From positions 9,083 through 73,082 of the forward strand of contig NZ_JBLWVH010000018.1 in NCBI RefSeq assembly GCF_048268525.1: DNA of 64,000 bases, given 5' to 3'. Below are positions 58,445 through 64,000 of the stretch, piece after piece (position 1 is the stretch's first letter; the number at the start of each line of letters is the position of its first letter). Under the pieces are notes generated by a model, which searched no databases, was not told where the DNA came from, and saw only the letters and a program-made list of their open reading frames with translations. The translations under genes and the position numbers were made by a program. Source of the stretch: Maricaulis sp. Lineage in GTDB: Bacteria; Pseudomonadota; Alphaproteobacteria; Caulobacterales; Maricaulaceae.

Positions 58445-59264
58445 CGCCATCCCCTTCGCTCCCATCACCCTCCGCTTCGGCCTGGTCATGGATGCGGGGG
58501 GCGGCAGCGGCCGGCGCGGCGGCGATCCGGTCGGCCTCTGCGTCGGCCTCGGCCTCGGCTTCCTCGCGCATACGCTGGCGGACGCTGCGTGGCGGGCGGA
58601 TGTGAAGATGCCCGTTGGACAGCGTCATCACCGGGGCATCCAGCATGCGCACCAATTGCAGGTCATGGGTGGCGATGATGATGGTGGTTCCCAGCTTGTT
58701 CAGCTCGGTGAACAGGCGCAGCAGGCGCATGCCCATTTCCGGATCGACATTGCCGGTTGGCTCATCCGCGATCAGCACTTCAGGCTGGCCGACCACGGCG
58801 CGGGCGATTGCCACACGCTGCTGCTCACCGCCCGACAGGGTCGCCGGCAGGGCATTCATCTTGTCACCCAGCCCGACCCAGGCCAGCAGCTCGGCGACAT
58901 CCTCGGCATAGTCCGCCCGTTTGCGTCCGGCGACGCGCAGCGGCAAGGCAACATTGTCGAACACATTCATGTGGCCGAGCAGGCGGAATTCCTGGAACAC
59001 CACGCCGACCCGCCGTCGCAGGTCGGGCAGCTCGTTGCGGGGCAGGGTAGCGGCATCGCGGCCGAAATAGCTGATCAGCCCGCGCGACGGCTTGGCGGCC
59101 AGATAAATCAGTCGCAGCAGCGAGGTTTTGCCGGCGCCGGACGGTCCGGTGAGGAATTGGAAAGAACCGCGTGGTAAATCAAAGGACAAATCGCGCAGAA
59201 TCTCGGGTCCCCGGCCATACCGCATGCCGACATTGTCGAAGCGGATAACCGGCTCCGGGTCCAT
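58437..59264 (-). CDS. ftsE: cell division ATP-binding protein FtsE with an unusual about 50-aa acidic Ala/Glu/Asp-rich C-terminal tail
   Basis: Walker A GPSGAGKTS, ABC signature LSGGEQQR, Walker B; C-terminal EEAEAEADAEAD...GDGSEGDGDD. Confidence 0.92.
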   Translation of the reverse strand: MDPEPVIRFDNVGMRYGRGPEILRDLSFDLPRGSFQFLTGPSGAGKTSLLRLIYLAAKPSRGLISYFGRDAATLPRNELPDLRRRVGVVFQEFRLLGHMNVFDNVALPLRVAGRKRADYAEDVAELLAWVGLGDKMNALPATLSGGEQQRVAIARAVVGQPEVLIADEPTGNVDPEMGMRLLRLFTELNKLGTTIIIATHDLQLVRMLDAPVMTLSNGHLHIRPPRSVRQRMREEAEAEADAEADRIAAAPAAAAPRIHDQAEAEGDGSEGDGDD

Positions 59265-59346
59265 GTGCGGCGACTGGGATGAACTCGAAACGATGGAAAT
59301 CCTCCATGGGGACGGGTGAGCCGAAGAAGATGTGTAGACGACTCAT

Positions 59347-60240
59347 ATGAGCATAGTACTCAGCTGTCCGTCATGTACCACGCGTTACCGTGCCAATCCC
59401 AACGCGATTGGCACGAACGGCCGTCGTGTACGCTGCGCCTCCTGCGGTCATGTCTGGACGGCCGAGGTCGAGGACCCCAGCGATCTGCCAAGCCTGCAAC
59501 CCGCGCCGCCGGTCACACCCGAGCCGCCGGCCGAAGACCCGGCAGCCGAGAAAAAAGTCCACACCGCTTTCCGTGAGCGCCAGGAAAAGAAGCGCCGCAC
59601 CCTGTCGGCCGCTGCCGCTGGCGGTGCCTGGGGGGGGCTGGTCGCGGCCTGTGCGGTCCTGTTCGTCTGCGCCTGGGTCTTCCGTGTCGACATCGTCACG
59701 ATGTGGCCGCGCGCTTCTTCGGCCTATGCGGCGGTTGGCACCTCGGTCAATCCGTGGGGCTATGATGTCGGCGAGCTGGAAGTCACCCGTGAGGTTGATC
59801 ACGGCGTGCCGCTTTTGGTCGTAGCCGGTGATGTCCACAATTTCGATCGTCGCGCCCGTGCCATTCCTTCACTACGCGCCATCCTGCGTGACGAGCACGG
59901 CGAAGCCGTGCTGGAGTGGACGATCTCCATGCCGGCCGGACGTCTCGACGCCGGGCGCCGCCAGGAATTCCGCACCGTCGTCTCTGACCCGCCGCCTGAA
60001 GCGGTCGAGGTCGAGGTGGTGCTGATGGACACACCGGCCCACGGCAATGCCGCGGCGGATGAACAGGGCGACGATGCCGGCCATGCACTGGAAGGCGAGC
60101 TTGGCGCAGAAGAAGGCGCGACCGACCCTGACGCTGCCGGTGATCATGCACAGCCGGATGGCCACGATGCGGGTTCTGCCCATGGCGCTCCGACCGACAC
60201 CCATGCGGCCGCCGAGCCGGCCCAGACCGACCATCACTGA
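59347..60240 (+). CDS. MJ0042-type zinc-ribbon + DUF3426 membrane protein
   Basis: CPSCTTRY...CASCGH zinc ribbon; central TM helix; His/Asp-rich acidic C-terminal tail. Confidence 0.7.
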   Translation: MSIVLSCPSCTTRYRANPNAIGTNGRRVRCASCGHVWTAEVEDPSDLPSLQPAPPVTPEPPAEDPAAEKKVHTAFRERQEKKRRTLSAAAAGGAWGGLVAACAVLFVCAWVFRVDIVTMWPRASSAYAAVGTSVNPWGYDVGELEVTREVDHGVPLLVVAGDVHNFDRRARAIPSLRAILRDEHGEAVLEWTISMPAGRLDAGRRQEFRTVVSDPPPEAVEVEVVLMDTPAHGNAAADEQGDDAGHALEGELGAEEGATDPDAAGDHAQPDGHDAGSAHGAPTDTHAAAEPAQTDHH

Positions 60241-60270
60241 CCCGATCAACCGGGCGGCAATTGTACGCCG

Positions 60271-60308
60271 GGCAAGAAAAAGGGCGGACCCGGTTTCGGG
60301 CCCGCCCT
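60271..60308. terminator. bidirectional rho-independent terminator between the convergent zinc-ribbon and SPFH genes
   Basis: aaaaa-gggcggacccgg-tttc-gggcccgccc; the T-run is on the - strand. Confidence 0.7.
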
Positions 60309-60325
60309 GATCCAATCGACCGGCG

Positions 60326-61471
60326 TCATGCGTCCTGTGTCTGGACCCGCTTGCCCATCAACGTGTCGATGAGGGCAGGCAGTCCGGCACCTTCCGACGA
60401 CTGGTGGACATCGATCCGGCCGACCTTGTCGGTCAGCCGTTCCAGCGCCTCCAGCTCCTTGAGCCGCATCAGCGCCGGGTGATCCTCCATCAGCCGCGCC
60501 GTGTTGAGGAGCGCCCGCGTTGCAGCGGTCTCCTCGCGACGACGGACAAGGTTGGCTTCGGCCGCCTTTTCGGCCTCGACCACCTTGTTCAGCATGTCGC
60601 GCATCTCACCGGGCAGGATGACATCCTTGATGCGCAGATCACTGACCTGCACACCCGTGTCGACCAGACGATCACGCAGATGCGCCGTAATCTCCCGGTC
60701 AACTTCGATGCGGTCCTTCAGCAGCCCATCCAGTGTCCGGCCAGCGACCGCCTCGCGGGCGGCGAACTGGACCAGCTTGTAGATGTGCGCATCGGCATCC
60801 ATCAGGGCCTTGGCGCGCAGCACCGGATCGATGACCCGGGTGAAGGCGGTCAGGTTCAGACGGATCGTGACACGATCGCGGGTCAGCACTTCCTGTGCGG
60901 TCACGTCGAGCGCGGTTTCCCGCATGTCGACGCTTTCAATACGGACCAGACGGTCCGCCGCCCAGAAGGCGTGACGCCCCGGTTCCAGCCGCTCACGCAG
61001 CGCACCGTCGACAAACAGAAGGCCAGCGCGTTCGCTTGCAATCCGGGCTTGCACGATGGCCGTTCCGGCGTGCGACGACCAGCGATCAGCCAGACGGGGG
61101 TCGATCCGGTCGGCGTCGGCCAGGTCCACCATATCGACGCGGATGTCGTGCATGACCGTCCAGAAGGCGCGGGTCATGCCGTGCGGTACCAGCGCGTGCG
61201 GGGCTCCATCCAGCGTCACCAGAGCCAGCGTGCCGGCTTGCGGTTGGACGTAGATGAAGTTTCCTTCGGCCAGGTCCGGGCGTGCGCGCAGGATCTGGTT
61301 TGCGAGCTCGAAGTCGAGGATTGCCCGGCGCGTATCGAAAATCTCGACGCGGATTCGTGCCAACGGATCGAGCCACTGATGGCGTCCGGCGCCGACGAGG
61401 TCGACAATCGCGCGATCGCGCAGCACCAGGCCACGTTCGTGTTCGGCCAGAACGGCCGTGGTCATAATCAT
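60326..61471 (-). CDS. SPFH/band-7 domain protein with an N-terminal uncharacterised domain
   Basis: C-terminal half with band-7-like segments (VTAQEVLTRDRVTIRLN...IDP; coiled coil EAEKAAEANLVRRREE). Confidence 0.6.
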   Translation of the reverse strand: MIMTTAVLAEHERGLVLRDRAIVDLVGAGRHQWLDPLARIRVEIFDTRRAILDFELANQILRARPDLAEGNFIYVQPQAGTLALVTLDGAPHALVPHGMTRAFWTVMHDIRVDMVDLADADRIDPRLADRWSSHAGTAIVQARIASERAGLLFVDGALRERLEPGRHAFWAADRLVRIESVDMRETALDVTAQEVLTRDRVTIRLNLTAFTRVIDPVLRAKALMDADAHIYKLVQFAAREAVAGRTLDGLLKDRIEVDREITAHLRDRLVDTGVQVSDLRIKDVILPGEMRDMLNKVVEAEKAAEANLVRRREETAATRALLNTARLMEDHPALMRLKELEALERLTDKVGRIDVHQSSEGAGLPALIDTLMGKRVQTQDA

Positions 61472-61826
61472 ATCAAAGGCCTTTCTTGTTCTTTTTGGTC
61501 AAAGGCTTGGCAGGACTGCCAGGACCGTTCGACGGAACGCACACGGGGTGGGCGTTCAGGCGACAGGTCCCGGCCTTTAAAGGACCTGTCGCGAGGAGGC
61601 GTCAGCCGCTAGGCGGCGTTCAGTCTCCGAAGCAACACGCCCTCGGGCGGTTCGTTGGCGCCGGTATCCCGCGCACCGCAAAGTGCGGGCGCCGTCTGCC
61701 GGTCTGCCGGGCGTTTGAAAGCCGGCCCGAGGGTCGGCGACAAATGACTCAGGCAGGGACGCGAACGCTCCTGGCAGCCTGGTTCAACAGTCAGGTAAGT
61801 CGACTTTGCAGGTCGAGGCTTTGGAT

Positions 61827-61900
61827 GGGGATTTGAACCCCGATATCCATGATTGAAGGTCATGTGCTTTACCAGATCAGCTTTCCAAGCAGTCCCTCAT
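61827..61900 (-). tRNA. degenerate tRNA-like element (tRNA-Glu(UUC)-like; probable pseudogene or fragment)
   Basis: Minus-strand sense GCTTGGAAAGCTGATCTGGTAAAGCACATGACCTTCAATCATGGATATCGGGGTTCAAATCCCCATCCAAAGCC. It has a canonical T-arm (GGGGTTCAAATCCCC) and anticodon stem CATGA/TCATG with loop CCTTCAA, but also a bulged acceptor stem, a 3-bp D-stem, C33 and a 49-65 mismatch. Confidence 0.3.
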
Positions 61901-62055
61901 GCAACCGGAACACGGGACGGGCATTGCCCTCCGCGCCGGCGGGGTCTCACGAGCCCCCACAATCGGGAGGCGGGTTCTGACCGAGGTCGGATCAGCAATC
62001 AACCGCTATGTTGCGAAAAAATCCCGGTGTGGCCGATTAACCACAATTCCAGGCG

Positions 62056-64000
62056 TCAGAACCGGTCCAGCAGGCGCTCGATATAGTCGAGCTCTTCCTG
62101 GGGGCGACCGGCTTCGGCGGCGCGGCGGCGGAGTTCTTCCAGGATGTCCCTTGCGCGTGCCCGGCTCATTTCGTCAGGGACTTCGACGCCGGAACCATCG
62201 GCAAAGGCGCCTTCGGCCGGGCGGCCGAGCGGATCGCGATTGTCTTCGCCTTCGCCCATCTGGCTGCCATTCTCCTGCATCCGCTCGAGCAGTTCACGGG
62301 CCAGTTGTTCGGCCCCGGAGCGCAGGTCGGCGAGGGCTTCTTCCTGGGCTGCCAGTGCCCCATCGGTATCGCCATTGCGGAGAGCCTCCTCGGCCTGGCG
62401 CATGGCTTCACCGGCGCCGCCCATGGCGTCTTGGCTGTCGCCCGGCAGGGCGTCTGCGGACTCGGAGAAGCGCTGGGCCAATTGTCCCTGCGCGTCGGCC
62501 AGCGCCTGGGCGCTCTGGCCTCCACCGCTCTGGTTCTCGGCCAGGGTTTGCGGGCCTTCGCCGGACTGGGGGCCCTGTTGCTGCTGACCCGATGAATTGC
62601 CCGATTGTGGCTGGCTGGAGCCGCCTTCCTGTTGAGACAGTCCGAAAGTCTCGTCTTGCAGATTGCGCTGTTCGCCAATGACCTCGCCCAATTCCTCGAG
62701 CGCCTCGGCAATGGCTTCAGAGATCGGGTCGCTGGGCTGGCTCTCGCCTTCGCCCTGTCCCAATTGCATCTGCATGTTGCGGAGCATTTCCGAGAGCGCG
62801 GCGAGGGCCTGCCGGGCATCGGCGGTATTGCCCAGCTCGGCGGCATCCCGCAGCGCGTCGAGCATTTCCTGCAAGCCTTCGGAATTCAGGTTCGGGCCCT
62901 GGCCGCCTTCGGCAAAATTGCCATCCTCGGCGGCCTCACGGGCCATCGCCGCCATATAGTTCTGCATGGCTTCCTGGTAGGCCTCGAACAGGGCCGCCAG
63001 CTCGGTCTCGTCGGCACCGCGTGCCAGTGCTTCCATCAGGGCGCGTTCGGCCGCGCGCAAGGCGGCTTCGGCGTCGGCAAGCGAGCCCAGCTCGGCACGC
63101 AGCGCAATCAGCCAGAGATCGCCCTCCAGATCACCCAGCGCTGCCTGGTCGCGCTGACGACGCAGCCGGTGCAGCGTTTCGCGCAGGCCGAGATAGACGA
63201 TCGGGTCGTCGAAGAAATATTCCGGCGCATCCGAGATCGCTGCGAGGCTGCGCGCGACATGCTGCAGGCCTTCGGGTGCCCGCTCGATGCGGCGGGCCGG
63301 GTTTTCGGTGAAATAGGCAGGGCCGGACGGGACGTCCTCGGCATACAGGGGGGCAGGTTCGTCGAGCGGCGCATAGGCCGCATCGGCGGCCATCACATCA
63401 CGACGCTGTTCGGCAACTGCGCGGGCCAGCGCGTCCAGGAAGACGCGGGCCGGCAGGGTGATGCCCAGCTCTGGCGAACGGCCTGTATTGCCGGCGGCAT
63501 CGGTGGCCACCATGCGTATTTCGACACGGCTGCCGGCCAGTGGATGACGGGCGGTTTCCAGCAGGGTCGACATGGCGTCGGCTTCGCCGCTGGGCACGAC
63601 AGAATTCGTATCGATCTCCAGGGTCTGCCAGGCCGCGTCATCCTCGTCCTCGGCGCGGAGTTCGAGCGCATAGCCGGTCGCGCCGTAATCATCGGTGACG
63701 GTGAAATCGAGATCGAGTTCGCCGGCGGCGGTCGAGTCAGGCACCTGGGTCAGACGCACGCGCGGCGGGGTGTCGGGTGTGACCCGGATCGACCAGGTCT
63801 CACGGGTGCCGGGCGCGGCAAGGCGCAGGTTGGCGTCCAGATCGACGGGTTGCCGCAGTTCCCAGACACTGTCGCCGATCTCATTGGCCGAGGCGCGCTG
63901 CCGCCCATCGCTGTCGCGCAGGGTCAGGCTCGGCTGGCGCCGGGATCCGGCAATGCGGGCGACAAAGGTCGAACCGGCCGGGGCGGTGGCTGGCCGGCTG
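62056..64000 (-). CDS. alphaproteobacterial low-complexity protein (TIGR02302/DUF4175-like), C-terminal portion; the N-terminus lies beyond the window
   Basis: Long Ala/Glu/Gln/Gly-rich low-complexity region (SQQEGGSSQPQSGNSSGQQQQGPQSGEG) and conserved C-terminus ...LDYIERLLDRF; the frame stays open to the window edge. Confidence 0.6.
   Translation of the reverse strand, partial: SRPATAPAGSTFVARIAGSRRQPSLTLRDSDGRQRASANEIGDSVWELRQPVDLDANLRLAAPGTRETWSIRVTPDTPPRVRLTQVPDSTAAGELDLDFTVTDDYGATGYALELRAEDEDDAAWQTLEIDTNSVVPSGEADAMSTLLETARHPLAGSRVEIRMVATDAAGNTGRSPELGITLPARVFLDALARAVAEQRRDVMAADAAYAPLDEPAPLYAEDVPSGPAYFTENPARRIERAPEGLQHVARSLAAISDAPEYFFDDPIVYLGLRETLHRLRRQRDQAALGDLEGDLWLIALRAELGSLADAEAALRAAERALMEALARGADETELAALFEAYQEAMQNYMAAMAREAAEDGNFAEGGQGPNLNSEGLQEMLDALRDAAELGNTADARQALAALSEMLRNMQMQLGQGEGESQPSDPISEAIAEALEELGEVIGEQRNLQDETFGLSQQEGGSSQPQSGNSSGQQQQGPQSGEGPQTLAENQSGGGQSAQALADAQGQLAQRFSESADALPGDSQDAMGGAGEAMRQAEEALRNGDTDGALAAQEEALADLRSGAEQLARELLERMQENGSQMGEGEDNRDPLGRPAEGAFADGSGVEVPDEMSRARARDILEELRRRAAEAGRPQEELDYIERLLDRF

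Noticed and set aside
61600-61830. Possible two-piece (permuted) tmRNA near the tRNA-like element
   Set aside because: The tRNA-like fold is contiguous (5' acceptor through 3' acceptor) with an anticodon arm; no tag reading frame or pseudoknot arrangement was recognised.
61836-61900. Plus-strand reading of the tRNA-like region as tRNA-Phe (anticodon GAA in loop TTGAAGG)
   Set aside because: No T-arm or acceptor pairing exists on the plus strand; the canonical T-arm is only on the minus-strand reading.
1-64000. Mobile elements, CRISPR arrays, prophage or integrase genes
   Set aside because: No transposase/integrase/Cas-like translations, no regularly spaced direct repeats and no inverted terminal repeats were found; all hairpins identified are solitary terminator-like structures with unrelated sequences.

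Overview
High-GC (about 65%) alphaproteobacterial chromosome segment. The tol-pal gene order, DUF2125 and a TIGR02302-like low-complexity protein suggest Caulobacterales/Hyphomonadaceae. It is densely packed with core genes. Highlights, in order: (1) a manC-yebC-AGE epimerase-pgi-tkt sugar-phosphate block; (2) three tandem genes for small Tat-signal, Asp/Gly/Arg-rich repeat proteins next to a YcfD/RoxA-like JmjC oxygenase (the most unusual locus); (3) ruvCAB-ybgC-tolQRAB-pal-cpoB-tilS-ftsH-folP, with an AT-rich island and a LexA-type box upstream of ruvC and a SnoaL-like gene inserted before tolQ; (4) a TonB receptor-PhoD pair with a Pho-box-like repeat; (5) a ubiT-ubiU-ubiV (O2-independent ubiquinone hydroxylation) operon translationally coupled to a chorismate mutase gene and preceded by a perfect FNR box; (6) cysS/thrS/yidD housekeeping genes; (7) an envelope glycosylation cluster (O-antigen-ligase-like, GT2, GT39/ArnT-like, GtrB/ArnC-like GT2); (8) phaR-phaB, gloB, hisC, plsC, ftsEX; (9) a degenerate tRNA-like element. 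No transposase, integrase, CRISPR array or prophage genes were seen. Most antisense ORFs in the six-frame track are high-GC artefacts.
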